Part shown: positions 45,201 to 54,473 of the stretch, piece by piece
Layout of the letters: the number at the start of each line of letters is the position of its first letter
How positions within the stretch are numbered: position 1 is the stretch's first letter
Assembly (NCBI GenBank): GCA_049642465.1
Contig: JBAROV010000039.1
Coordinates: 5,567 to 69,566 of the forward strand
Length of the DNA stretch: 64,000 nucleotides
Direction: 5' to 3'
DNA from: Vicinamibacterales bacterium
GTDB lineage: Bacteria; Acidobacteriota; Vicinamibacteria; Vicinamibacterales; 2-12-FULL-66-21
Program-made: the position numbers and the translations under genes
Notes under the pieces: model-generated
What the model saw: only the letters and a program-made list of their open reading frames with translations
What the model was told of the DNA's origin: nothing
The model's database searches: none

Positions 45201-46648
45201 GCCCGCCGGCGCTGTTCTCACCGGGTGTGACGAAAGAGATCCGCGCGCTGCTGCCGACCTGGCTCGGATCCGCCGGCGCCGTGATTGCCGCTGCGCTCAT
45301 CTCAGATCGCAGCGTCGTCGCGATCGACGCCTTGGGCTACGTCGGGATGCTCGCGCTCGGCGCGCAATCCATCGGGCACGAGTACACATATCGGACCCTC
45401 GCCGGCGTGTTGTCCTTGCCACTGGATCGACATCGGCTGCTGCTGAGGAAAGTCATCGTCCTGGCCGCGATGCTGGCGACGCTGAGCGCACTAGCGTGGA
45501 TCGTGCTGTTCAACAATCCGCAGTTCGTACGGCCCCGGCTCGATCAGCAAGTGTTGGTTGTGACCGTACTGTCAGCGTTCTTTCTGGCGCCGTGGCTGAC
45601 GATGATCTGCAGGAGTTCGCTCGCCGGCATTGTCTTCAGCATCGCCGTCCCTGCCGTCATCCTCATGGCGGGTGACTTGATCGGCTTGGCACGCTACGGA
45701 TCCGGCGGCGGCGCGCTCATCGACAACTTCAAGCTGTCATTCTTCTGGCGCGGCCTGTTCCTCGTCTGCGCCGCGGCTGCGGTGTCGGGCTGGCGCATGT
45801 TCGCACGGCTGGAAGCGATTGAAGGTCCAGGTGCCGAGATTCAGGCGCCCAAGTGGTTGTCGGGCGATACTTCGGCCGACACGACCGTTCCGCTTCGGCG
45901 GCACCATCCATATTGGTTGCTTGCCAGGAAGGAACTCCGACTTCAGCAGATGACCTTCGCCGTCGTAATTCTCTTTAGTGCTGGCTGGGCGGCGCTGACC
46001 GTGTTGGCCAGTCTCACCAGGCAGCTGCCACTCATACCGCTCGACGCAATCGCCGTGCTGTACTTCGCGATCCTCACTATTCTGATTGGCTCGCTGGCGA
46101 GTGCCGAGGAGCGTCACATGGGTACGCTCGAATGGCAAACGCTGCTTCCGATCGCGTCATGGAAGCAGTGGATGGTCAAGATCGGGATCGTGTTCGGACT
46201 CGTGTCGGTGCTCGGAATCGTACTCCCTGCCATCCTGATGGGCATGTTCGGACGGGTGGCGCCAGTCCTGCAGCTCGGCGGGACCATTCTTTTCGTGACG
46301 ACCATCAGCCTGTACATTTCGTCGCTCTCGACAAGCGGCGTCAAAGCGATGGTTTTGACGCTCCCGGCAATCGTCGGCGTGTTCACTTGTATCCACCTCA
46401 TCACGATGACCGCATTTCGCATGAGAGTCGGGCGCGGCATAGGCGTTGCGCGGGCCCCTCTTTTCGCACCATTCCCGATGGACGTCATCGTCTGGACCGC
46501 ATTGTTGTCAGGGTTCATCGCCGTGGCGCTGCGGTTCGCATATCTCAACCACCGCTCCCAGGAGCGGAGCGTGAGAGGCGTGCTGAGGCAGACCGGCACA
46601 CTGGCGGCCTACCTCGTCATTGCACTTGCGGCAATGGTGTTCTTCTAG
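45197..46648 (+). CDS. Polytopic membrane protein, putative ABC-2-type permease partner
   Basis: 483 aa with 10 or more hydrophobic helices. 4-nt overlap with the ATPase gene. No specific motif recognised. Confidence 0.6.
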   Translation: MSPPALFSPGVTKEIRALLPTWLGSAGAVIAAALISDRSVVAIDALGYVGMLALGAQSIGHEYTYRTLAGVLSLPLDRHRLLLRKVIVLAAMLATLSALAWIVLFNNPQFVRPRLDQQVLVVTVLSAFFLAPWLTMICRSSLAGIVFSIAVPAVILMAGDLIGLARYGSGGGALIDNFKLSFFWRGLFLVCAAAAVSGWRMFARLEAIEGPGAEIQAPKWLSGDTSADTTVPLRRHHPYWLLARKELRLQQMTFAVVILFSAGWAALTVLASLTRQLPLIPLDAIAVLYFAILTILIGSLASAEERHMGTLEWQTLLPIASWKQWMVKIGIVFGLVSVLGIVLPAILMGMFGRVAPVLQLGGTILFVTTISLYISSLSTSGVKAMVLTLPAIVGVFTCIHLITMTAFRMRVGRGIGVARAPLFAPFPMDVIVWTALLSGFIAVALRFAYLNHRSQERSVRGVLRQTGTLAAYLVIALAAMVFF

Positions 46649-46702
46649 ACGATACAAACCACCAACCGGACCAATGGTCCGGGGCGTCGCGGCGTTTTAC
46701 CC

Positions 46703-49300
46703 TTGATCTTCCCCTCCCCGGCTCCCGATAATTCGGCGTACGTGCGTACGAATCTTGCCGCCCTGCTTGTCTTCCTGCTCGCTCTCCTGGGCTCGGCCCA
46801 GCGGGAGAACGTGGTGCGCGCGGCCGCAAACAGCGGTCAGCAGTCAACGCGTGCTTCGCGTCAACCGGTCCACGCCTCGCCCGCCGAAGGCTTCGAAACC
46901 GTCGTCAAGCCGTTTCTCGCGCGCCACTGCTACGAGTGCCACGGGAATAAAGGAGAACCCGAGAAGGGGCTGAACCTTCAGTCGTTCGAGTCAGTCGCGT
47001 CGCTGGTCGAACATCGCGACCGCTGGGACATGGTCGTCGAGAAGCTGCGTGGAAGCGAGATGCCGCCTCTCGAGGAAGAACAGCCGCCGGAAGAACGTCG
47101 CCAGGCGGTCGCCACGTGGCTCGCGAACGAGTTGGATCGAATCGACCGCACGACGCCGCCCGATCCCGGTCGCGTCACCGCGCGGCGCCTCAATCGCAAC
47201 GAATACAACAACACGGTACGAGAGCTCCTCGGCGTAGACATTCGCCCCGCCGACGACTTCCCGCAAGACGACTCCGGCTACGGCTTCGACAACATCGGCG
47301 ACGTGCTGTCGCTCTCTCCGGCGTTGATGGAGAAGTACATGACGGCCGCCGACCGCGTCGCCCGGCGCGCCGTGTTCGGTCCTGCAAAGATGGAAGCGAC
47401 GCTGACACGATTGCGATCGGACGGCCGGCGTGTCAAGGAGAACCGGACCGTTCCTGAGCACTACGACGTCACCGGTTTGAGCCTGCCGAACGCGTTTCAC
47501 TCGATTCATCGCATCCCGGTGGATGGCGAATATGCGCTGCGCGTCACGCTTGGTGGGGTTCGACCAAAAGGCTCGGAACCAGTCACGGTGTCGTTGTGGA
47601 TCGATCAGAAAGAAGTGAAGTCCGCTGTGCACGATCCGGAGCGATCGGCGACCTTCTCCGACGATCGGCAGGACTTTGGCGGCCAGACGCTCGAGTTCCG
47701 CGTCAACCTGAAAGCTGGAGATCGATGGATCGCCGTCGCAATTCCACGGATTTACGAAGGCCTCCCCCTCCGATACGCGGGGCCGAATCCGTCGAAACGG
47801 CCACCGCCTCCCGCGCCGCAATTCAGACCGCCACCCAATGCCACGCCCGAACGCATCGAGCAGGCGCGCAAGCGGTTCGAGGAGACGCTGGCGGAACTCG
47901 AGAAGCTGCCGATCAACGGCGTTCGCGTCAACGCGCTGGACTTCGCAGGTCCTTACTCCTACGCGAAGGGTCCGTCTGTCGAGAGCGTCGCGAAGGTCTA
48001 TACGTGCGGACACCGCAATGGCGCGCACCAGAACTGGTGCACCGCGCGAATCATCGGCAGCCTCGCCAGGCGCGCATTCCGCCGGCCTGTTCCCGCGGCC
48101 GAGGTGAAACCGTTCGTCGATCTCGCGCGGCGCGCGCAGGAAGAAGAACAATCGTTCGAGGAAGGACTCGTGGTCGGAATCCAGGCTCTGCTCGTATCGC
48201 CTGACTTCCTGTTCCGAATCGAGCGCAACCGTCCGGGTGTCGCCTCGCATCAGATCACGCAGCACGAACTGGCGACGCGGCTGTCCTACTTCATCTGGGC
48301 GAGCATGCCGGATGCTGCACTCCGTCGTGCCGCCGACGCGGGGACGCTGCGACAGCCTCAAGTCCTCGCGGCACAGGTCCGCCGCATGCTGCGCGACCCG
48401 AAATCGCGCGCGTTGGCCGAGCACTTCGGCGGCCAGTGGCTGCAGTTCCGCGCACTCGAATCAGTGACACGCGATCGCGAACGCTTCCCCGACTTCGAAG
48501 ACTATCTGCGACTGTCGATGCGGCGCGAAACCGAGCTCTTCTTCGAGCACATCGTCCGTGATGACCGGAGCATCCTGGACTTCCTCGACGCGCAGTACTC
48601 GTACGTAAACGAACGGCTGGCCAAACATTACGGACTCATTGGAGTGACCGGCCCGGAGTTCCGAAAAGTGGATTTGAGCGGATCGCCTCGACGGGGTGTG
48701 GTCACCCAGGGCAGCGTGCTGACTGTTTCGTCCTATGCGACCCGCACGTCACCGGTCCTGCGCGGCAAATGGATTCTCGAAAACCTGCTCAACGCGCCGC
48801 CTCCAGAACCGCCGGCCGATGTCCCGAACCTGGATGAGACGACGATCGGCACAACCGCCACGATGCGCGAGCAGCTCGAGGAACACCGCAAGAACCCCAC
48901 CTGCGCCTCCTGCCACCGGCGGATGGATCCGCTGGGTTTTGGCCTCGAAAACTTCGACGCCGTGGGCGCATGGCGGACGATGGACGGAAAATTCCCGGTG
49001 GACGCTTCCGGGACCCTGCCCGATGGACGGTCGTTTTCCGGCCCCGAGGAGCTGGCAACCATCCTCAAGGGGGACCGGGAGGCTTTCGGCCGAGCCATTA
49101 CGTCCAAGCTCCTGACCTATGCCCTGGGAAGGGGTCTGGAGCGTTATGATAATCAGACGGTCAGGCGCATCGCGAGCCGGCTGCCGCGATACGAGTACCG
49201 CTTTTCGGGCCTGGTGCTGGAGATAGCCAGGAGCCTGCCGTTCCAGTCACGGCGCGTCACTGAACGGACAGTCGCTTCGAGTCAGCGGCCCGAGCGATAG
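46703..49300 (+). CDS. DUF1592/DUF1595/DUF1588/DUF1587/DUF1585-type protein with N-terminal CxxCH (planctomycete cytochrome-like)
   Basis: CYECHG heme motif near the N-terminus and a second CASCHRRMDPLGFGLENFD motif near the C-terminus. Characteristic architecture. The true start may be GTG 46742 (MRTNLAALLVFLLALLGSAQ). Confidence 0.8.
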   Translation: MIFPSPAPDNSAYVRTNLAALLVFLLALLGSAQRENVVRAAANSGQQSTRASRQPVHASPAEGFETVVKPFLARHCYECHGNKGEPEKGLNLQSFESVASLVEHRDRWDMVVEKLRGSEMPPLEEEQPPEERRQAVATWLANELDRIDRTTPPDPGRVTARRLNRNEYNNTVRELLGVDIRPADDFPQDDSGYGFDNIGDVLSLSPALMEKYMTAADRVARRAVFGPAKMEATLTRLRSDGRRVKENRTVPEHYDVTGLSLPNAFHSIHRIPVDGEYALRVTLGGVRPKGSEPVTVSLWIDQKEVKSAVHDPERSATFSDDRQDFGGQTLEFRVNLKAGDRWIAVAIPRIYEGLPLRYAGPNPSKRPPPPAPQFRPPPNATPERIEQARKRFEETLAELEKLPINGVRVNALDFAGPYSYAKGPSVESVAKVYTCGHRNGAHQNWCTARIIGSLARRAFRRPVPAAEVKPFVDLARRAQEEEQSFEEGLVVGIQALLVSPDFLFRIERNRPGVASHQITQHELATRLSYFIWASMPDAALRRAADAGTLRQPQVLAAQVRRMLRDPKSRALAEHFGGQWLQFRALESVTRDRERFPDFEDYLRLSMRRETELFFEHIVRDDRSILDFLDAQYSYVNERLAKHYGLIGVTGPEFRKVDLSGSPRRGVVTQGSVLTVSSYATRTSPVLRGKWILENLLNAPPPEPPADVPNLDETTIGTTATMREQLEEHRKNPTCASCHRRMDPLGFGLENFDAVGAWRTMDGKFPVDASGTLPDGRSFSGPEELATILKGDREAFGRAITSKLLTYALGRGLERYDNQTVRRIASRLPRYEYRFSGLVLEIARSLPFQSRRVTERTVASSQRPER

Positions 49301-49313
49301 CGAGGGCTGGCAG

Positions 49314-49337
49314 GTCGTGGGGGTGGGGCCCCACGAC
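49314..49337 (+). other. Intercistronic GC-rich hairpin GTCGTGGGG-GTGGGG-CCCCACGAC between the DUF1592 and DUF1552 genes
   Basis: 9-bp perfect stem read directly. Begins 14 nt after stop 49300 and ends 22 nt before start 49360. Confidence 0.4.
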
Positions 49338-49359
49338 AAATCAATAAAAGAGAGGGCAA

Positions 49360-50706
49360 GTGATCATCACGCGCAAGCATCTGCCCCGTCGGACGTTCCT
49401 CAGAGGGATGGGCGCCATCATTGCCCTGCCGGCGCTCGACGCGATGACGCCTGCGTTTGCGGCGGCTGGTCGCGCCGCAAAATCTCCCCTGCGCCTCGCG
49501 TTCACCTACGTGCCCAACGGCATCACGATGAACGAGTGGACCCCGAAGGGTGACGGCCGCGGCTTCATCTACTCCCGCGTGATGAAGCCGCTCGAACGGT
49601 TCCGTGAAGATACGGTCGTCCTGTCAGGGCTGGCGCACCGCAACGGTTACGCGCTCGGCGACGGCCCGGGGGATCACGCTCGTGCCGCCGCGTCGTACCT
49701 CACCGGAGTTCACCCGAAAAAGACGGCCGGCGCAGACATTCAGAACGGCATCTCGGTCGACCAGCTCGCCGCGCAGCATCTCGCGTCAGAAACTCGTTTC
49801 TCTTCGATCGAACTCGGCTGCGACGATTCGCGGACGATCGGCAACTGTGATTCCGGCTACTCGTGCGCCTACACGAACAGCCTCGCGTGGCGCGGTCCGG
49901 CCACACCGATGCCTCCCGAGACGAACCCGCGCCTGGTGTTCGAACGGCTATTCGGCGACATCGACACGAGCCTGCCGGCTGAAGTCCGCGCGCGCCGGCT
50001 GCATCATCGGCGCAGCATCCTCGATCTCGTCGCAGGCCGCACGGCGCAGCTCACCTCAGAGCTTGGCACCACCGATCGGCGAAAGCTCGATGAGTATCTG
50101 TCGTCAATTCGCGAGATTGAACGTCGAATCGAACAGTCCGAAAAGGATCTGACCGGCCTCAATCCGGCGATCGACAAGCCAACCGGCATCCCGGTGCTGT
50201 ACGCGGACTACGTGAAGTTGATGTTCGACCTGCAGCTCGTCGCGTTCCAGACCGATCTCACGCGCGTCGTGACGATGATGATGGGACGGGAGGGCAGCAT
50301 GCGGACGTATCCGGAGATCGGCGTGCCGGATCCGCATCACCCGCTCACGCACCATCGCGGGAACGCGGAGTGGATTGAAAAGGTTACGCAGGTAAACACG
50401 CTGCACATGGAGCTGTTCGCCGGGTTCATCGACAAACTCAAGGCAACGCCCGACGGCGACGGGACGCTTCTCGATCACTCAATCGTGGTGTACGGCAGCG
50501 GCCTGGCCGACGGCAATCGTCATACCCACAACGACCTGCCCGTGCTGATGGTGGGACGCGGCGCTGGGTTCAAGACCGGCACGCACATCGTGTATCCGAA
50601 GGACACGCCGATGACGAACCTCTATCTGACGCTGCTGGACAAGATAGGGGTGCAACAGGAGCAGCTCGGGGATAGTACGGGTCCGATTGGGGAACTGACG
50701 CTGTAA
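49360..50706 (+). CDS. DUF1552-domain protein with twin-arginine signal
   Basis: ITRKHLPRRTFLRGMGAIIALPALDAM is a Tat motif. Canonical partner of DUF1592 genes. Confidence 0.8.
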   Translation: MIITRKHLPRRTFLRGMGAIIALPALDAMTPAFAAAGRAAKSPLRLAFTYVPNGITMNEWTPKGDGRGFIYSRVMKPLERFREDTVVLSGLAHRNGYALGDGPGDHARAAASYLTGVHPKKTAGADIQNGISVDQLAAQHLASETRFSSIELGCDDSRTIGNCDSGYSCAYTNSLAWRGPATPMPPETNPRLVFERLFGDIDTSLPAEVRARRLHHRRSILDLVAGRTAQLTSELGTTDRRKLDEYLSSIREIERRIEQSEKDLTGLNPAIDKPTGIPVLYADYVKLMFDLQLVAFQTDLTRVVTMMMGREGSMRTYPEIGVPDPHHPLTHHRGNAEWIEKVTQVNTLHMELFAGFIDKLKATPDGDGTLLDHSIVVYGSGLADGNRHTHNDLPVLMVGRGAGFKTGTHIVYPKDTPMTNLYLTLLDKIGVQQEQLGDSTGPIGELTL

Positions 50707-50707
50707 C

Positions 50708-50746
50708 AAGGGAGAAGGGAAAAGGGAGAATTTTCCCTTCTCCCTT
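50708..50746. terminator. Perfect 16-bp stem / 7-nt loop hairpin between convergent genes (candidate bidirectional terminator)
   Basis: AAGGGAGAAGGGAAAA-GGGAGAA-TTTTCCCTTCTCCCTT. Starts 2 nt after stop 50706 and ends 4 nt before the minus-strand stop at 50750. The arms are homopurine and homopyrimidine. Confidence 0.55.
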
Positions 50747-50749
50747 TCC

Positions 50750-51688
50750 TCAGTGCATCTCGACGGCACACGTGCCGAGACCCCCGCGAAAGTAATTGAA
50801 CTGCACGTTGGGATGATCGCCCAGCAGAGACATCGGCACTGACGCATCGACTATCCGCTTCGAGATCATATAGGCGGTGAGACGCTGGCCGAAGGGGTTG
50901 TCGTGCTGACCGGCATGCCAGATGGAGACCTTCTCGGCCTTCCAGGTTTCGGCCGGACCAACCGTGATGGCGCGCGTCGGTACCAGGGAAATGTTTCCTC
51001 CACCGCTCGTGCGGGCATTCTGCGCGATCGTCAACGGATGGAGATCCACGACGCGGGTGGTCAGCTTGCGATAGTCCGATGCCGGCGGAGGCGCATCCTT
51101 GTATTTTCCCTTTCGCTGCAGCGGATCGTTGAACGCCCAGTGCTTCACATCTCCCTGACCACCCTGCATGACGGCGCAGCGAATGCCTGTCTCCCACGTG
51201 GCGCGATAAGCGCGCGTGTCCGCTTTCGGAAAGTGAAGATGCGAATCCGGCATCCGCAGCGAACGCTGAATGCGGTTGAAGCACAGCTCCCTGTCTGCAC
51301 GTTCGAAGCTCAGCGGATGCGTCACTGGTACTTCACGGTCGGTTGAGGTATCGAACCATTCGTCCATCCCCCAGAAATGGCCGGAACGGACGTCGTCCCC
51401 CAGTGCATTGACGATTCGAGCGACGAGCGGCAACTGCTCGGTCGGACCGATTGGTCCGCAGATCCCGACAGGATTGTCGTCCGTGCTTTGGCGCCAGGCG
51501 TCCACGTATTCCAGCGCTTCGGCGAGGTAGAACTCCTCGAGGGTGTCGTAGAGGAGGACGGTAAATCCCGGCCGGGATAGTTTCAGGAGATCTTTCGGAG
51601 TGAGTCGCGCCGCCGCGTCGATGAGATCGGCGTCGAGGGTGGTGTAGTCCCACCAGTCGGGGGCGATGGTGCTCGGTGGGCGACTCAT
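50750..51688 (-). CDS. Glucosamine-6-phosphate deaminase/isomerase (NagB/6-phosphogluconolactonase superfamily)-like protein
   Basis: [12 protein letters not shown]...HFWGMDEW resembles the NagB substrate-binding motifs. 312 aa, which is longer than canonical NagB. Confidence 0.6.
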   Translation of the reverse strand: MSRPPSTIAPDWWDYTTLDADLIDAAARLTPKDLLKLSRPGFTVLLYDTLEEFYLAEALEYVDAWRQSTDDNPVGICGPIGPTEQLPLVARIVNALGDDVRSGHFWGMDEWFDTSTDREVPVTHPLSFERADRELCFNRIQRSLRMPDSHLHFPKADTRAYRATWETGIRCAVMQGGQGDVKHWAFNDPLQRKGKYKDAPPPASDYRKLTTRVVDLHPLTIAQNARTSGGGNISLVPTRAITVGPAETWKAEKVSIWHAGQHDNPFGQRLTAYMISKRIVDASVPMSLLGDHPNVQFNYFRGGLGTCAVEMH

Positions 51689-51691
51689 GTC

Positions 51692-51754
51692 GTCTCTGGT
51701 CTTTGGTCTTTGGTCTTTGGTCTTCGGTCTCTGGTCTTCGGTCTTCGGTCTCTG
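51692..51754. repeat. Tandem heptamer array (GTCTYYG)x9
   Basis: GTCTCTG GTCTTTG x3 GTCTTCG GTCTCTG GTCTTCG x2 GTCTCTG, then a degenerate tenth unit. Begins 3 nt upstream of the NagB-like start codon. Confidence 0.85.
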
Positions 51755-51770
51755 GCTTTGATCGTTAGAC

Positions 51771-51805
51771 CAAAGACAAATGACTAAAGACCAAAGACGA
51801 GAGAC
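51771..51805. repeat. Five in-phase inverted heptamers (NNNNGAC: CAAAGAC AAATGAC TAAAGAC CAAAGAC GAGAGAC) complementary to the 51692-51754 array
   Basis: Read directly. The last unit overlaps the first base (51805) of the PIG-L stop codon. Confidence 0.75.
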
Positions 51806-52611
51806 TAAAGCCCATCATCGAGCGCTCGCTCGTACCGCACATTCACGAGATATTTCGATCCCAACGCGTCACGCAGCGGATCCGCGGAGTCGGCACAGAA
51901 ACCGAGATGCAAGTGGCGCCGCCAACCTTCCGCGAAGCGGAACTTGCGAGAAAGCCTGCCGACTTCCAGGCTGAACTCCTCCATTGTCCGCACGAAGCTG
52001 TCCATACCCTGGGTCGCGTCCAGAAACGTGCCCTGGCTGACGTGGCACGCGAGCGCGGTGCGTTTCACCGCGTGAACGGTGCTGGTATCGACGAAGGCAC
52101 CCGGGTGCACCCGGCGTCGAAGGCCATCCCGCAGTCCGTGCGGGCTCGCGTGATAGATCGTGACCTCGCGAGCGGCCGGCTTGCGCGCGGGAGCCGTGCG
52201 ATATCCGGGCATGCCGCGGACGAATGCCGCCGACACGGCGAGTCGTGCCGTGATCATGTGATCCTCCATATAGTCTTGCGGAGAATGCGTGAGGACCACG
52301 TCGGGATCGACTTCGCGCACGATTGCGCCAAGCCGGCGGAGTGTGCGGTTCTCGTAGAAGATTTCCAAATCGTCGCAGATCGGCGCGTGCCAGACGGCGC
52401 GGAGCACGTCGGCCGCGGCGCGCGCCTCGCGCCGTCGTGAGCGTGCCGTCTCCACCGGCGACATTCTGAGACTCCCGAGATTGCCGCTCGACACATTCAG
52501 GTAATGAATTTCCCAGCCCCGCTCCCTGAGCAGCAGCAGCGTGCCCGCCATCATGAATTCGATGTCGTCCGGGTGCGCCGCGACCGCGAGCGCCCGGTGC
52601 ACGCGGCTCAT
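51805..52611 (-). CDS. PIG-L/LmbE-family deacetylase
   Basis: [18 protein letters not shown] is the AHPDD motif. Start at ATG 52611 (MSRVHR) forms an ATGA overlap with the upstream gene. The track ORF extension is an Arg-rich out-of-context N-terminus. Confidence 0.75.
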   Translation of the reverse strand: MSRVHRALAVAAHPDDIEFMMAGTLLLLRERGWEIHYLNVSSGNLGSLRMSPVETARSRRREARAAADVLRAVWHAPICDDLEIFYENRTLRRLGAIVREVDPDVVLTHSPQDYMEDHMITARLAVSAAFVRGMPGYRTAPARKPAAREVTIYHASPHGLRDGLRRRVHPGAFVDTSTVHAVKRTALACHVSQGTFLDATQGMDSFVRTMEEFSLEVGRLSRKFRFAEGWRRHLHLGFCADSADPLRDALGSKYLVNVRYERALDDGL

Positions 52612-53675
52612 TCCGTACGGATCTCGGAGATCTTGACGGAACGCCGGTCGGCCGCGGATTTGTCTGCCGCCGCGATGACGCGATGCGTCGCAAATGCGTC
52701 GGCAAAGCTGGTGAGCGGCATGTCCTGACCGGCGTCCAGCGCGTCGAAGAACGCCTGGAACTGCGTCTGATACGGATGGTCGGCCACGTCGCCGCTGTCG
52801 AGCATGCGCATCGAAAGCTGGCTCCAGGCGTGCCGATTCAGGCCGGCAAGCCTCTGCGAGTGGAACTTGTTGTCGAGCAAGCTCCCTTCGCTGCCGACGA
52901 GATGCGCGTGGAAGTAATACGGCTGCAGGCAATCGACAATCGCAGCAGTCTTGCCGACGCTCCCCCCCTTGAATCTCAGGATCGTCGTCGCGCTGGTTTG
53001 ATACTCGTACGGCGTGAACAACGGACTGGCGCTTTGCGTCGCGTAACTCGTCACCTCGTCCACCTGGTCATCCATGCAGAGAAGCAACGCATCGAGAGCG
53101 TGACATCCGGCCGTCAGCAGTGCGCTCCCCCCCATGTCCTTTCGCGTGTTCCATCGGTATTGGCCGTACCAGGGTCCGATACCGTGGTAGTAGTCCACTT
53201 CGCCGTAGTGGAGTTTGCCCAGCAGCCCTGCATCGATGACCGCTTTGGTGGCGAGGAACTGCGACGAGAAGCGGCATTCGAAGCACACGCACGTCCTGAC
53301 GCGCGCTTCGGCGACCGCTTTCTTCATCTGCACGATCTCGTTCCAGTCAACCGCCAGCGGCTTCTCAATGATGATGTGCTTGCCGTGGCGCGCGGCCTGA
53401 ATGAACTGCTCGGCATGCTGATTTGGATAACTCGTGATATCGACGACGTCGATGTCGGGGCTCGACAGCATCGCCGTGAGATCCGAGTACACGCGGATGG
53501 GCGTGCCGTGGCGTGCGCTCAACTCGTCTGACGACAGCGGCCGCGAGGACCACACCGCCGTGACCTGCCCCTGCCGCGTGCCCTGGATGGCTCCGATGTG
53601 GGCGGTGGCCGCCCAGCTGTAGCCGATGACGCCCACGTTGTGTTTTTTCATGAGTTCGTCTGAATGCAACGTCAA
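52608..53675 (-). CDS. Gfo/Idh/MocA-family oxidoreductase (cytoplasmic)
   Basis: HNVGVIGYSWAATAHIGAI Rossmann region ... HIIIEKPLA motif. Confidence 0.85.
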   Translation of the reverse strand: MTLHSDELMKKHNVGVIGYSWAATAHIGAIQGTRQGQVTAVWSSRPLSSDELSARHGTPIRVYSDLTAMLSSPDIDVVDITSYPNQHAEQFIQAARHGKHIIIEKPLAVDWNEIVQMKKAVAEARVRTCVCFECRFSSQFLATKAVIDAGLLGKLHYGEVDYYHGIGPWYGQYRWNTRKDMGGSALLTAGCHALDALLLCMDDQVDEVTSYATQSASPLFTPYEYQTSATTILRFKGGSVGKTAAIVDCLQPYYFHAHLVGSEGSLLDNKFHSQRLAGLNRHAWSQLSMRMLDSGDVADHPYQTQFQAFFDALDAGQDMPLTSFADAFATHRVIAAADKSAADRRSVKISEIRTE

Positions 53676-54400
53676 TGCGTAAAGCGCTCCTGAAACTTCC
53701 TTAGGCTTTCCACGGTCAATCCCGGTTTCTTCACGAACTCCAGCACCTCGCGCTCGTACGCTCGCACGCGCATCGCCTCTTCTGCCACACGTTCGGCGAC
53801 TGCGTCAGGAATCGTGAGCAGCCCATTCACATCGCCGTGAAGCACATCGCCCGGTTGGACGGCGAGACCGTCAAGCGTCACCGGCACATTCACCTCACAG
53901 ATCACCGGGTTGCCATGCGAGACGACGAAACCCGGGCAGAAATACTGGATGCCGAGCGCGCGCACTTCATTGACGTCGCGCAGGCCGCCATCAGAAACGC
54001 ATCCCACCGCACCCAGCGCCTTTGCGGTCGTGGCCATGACTTCGCCCATGTGGCACGAGCGGCTGGGCTCCGGGCCGATGTCCTTGATCACGATCACCGC
54101 GGGCTTCGGTGCCTGCTCGACTGCCGCCCACAAGCGAAGCAATCCACGTTCATCGCGGCGGGATTCGCTCGTACTGTCGGCGGTGCACGTGACCGCATAG
54201 CCAATCGTGGAACCAAGCTCGGGAAAGGCACATCGAAGGTGCCAGCCGGCAAAACCGTCGACCCGTCGGCGAACGCCGAATCGCTCAATGGCGTTTGAGA
54301 CGGTCGGGCTGTCGATTCGGCGCAGCGCATCGAGCTGCTCGTCGCTCAAGCGAACCAGGAAACCTCCTTTACTCAGCGCGGAGCGTATTGTATTAAACAA
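53672..54400 (-). CDS. RraA-family protein (RraA / 4-hydroxy-4-methyl-2-oxoglutarate aldolase-like)
   Basis: VIVIKDIG...MGEVMATTAKALGAVGCVSDGGLRDVNEV is the RraA-like pattern. Confidence 0.7.
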   Translation of the reverse strand: MFNTIRSALSKGGFLVRLSDEQLDALRRIDSPTVSNAIERFGVRRRVDGFAGWHLRCAFPELGSTIGYAVTCTADSTSESRRDERGLLRLWAAVEQAPKPAVIVIKDIGPEPSRSCHMGEVMATTAKALGAVGCVSDGGLRDVNEVRALGIQYFCPGFVVSHGNPVICEVNVPVTLDGLAVQPGDVLHGDVNGLLTIPDAVAERVAEEAMRVRAYEREVLEFVKKPGLTVESLRKFQERFTH

Positions 54401-54473
54401 AACCTCTGTAGTAGAAATGAAACCTCGTTTTCAAAAACCCTGCACGCGCTCACGCCCTCTCGGAGGTCTGCCC

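Noticed and set aside
46666-46682. Short hairpin CCGGACC-AAT-GGTCCGG after the ABC permease gene, considered as a possible terminator.
   Set aside because: The stem is only 7 bp and no U-tract follows. This is too weak to call without transcript 3'-end data.
51692-51805. Possible CRISPR array or coding repeat (track ORF 51780-51974) in the heptamer region.
   Set aside because: The repeat unit is only 7 bp, with no spacers, and there are no cas genes nearby. The small ORF is a by-product of the repeat.
54207-54473. Upstream extension of the 907-aa ORF, overlapping the RraA-like gene on the other strand.
   Set aside because: The extension is Arg/Ser-rich and overlaps a well-supported gene. 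ATG 54474 has a GGAGG SD and is followed directly by a signal peptide.
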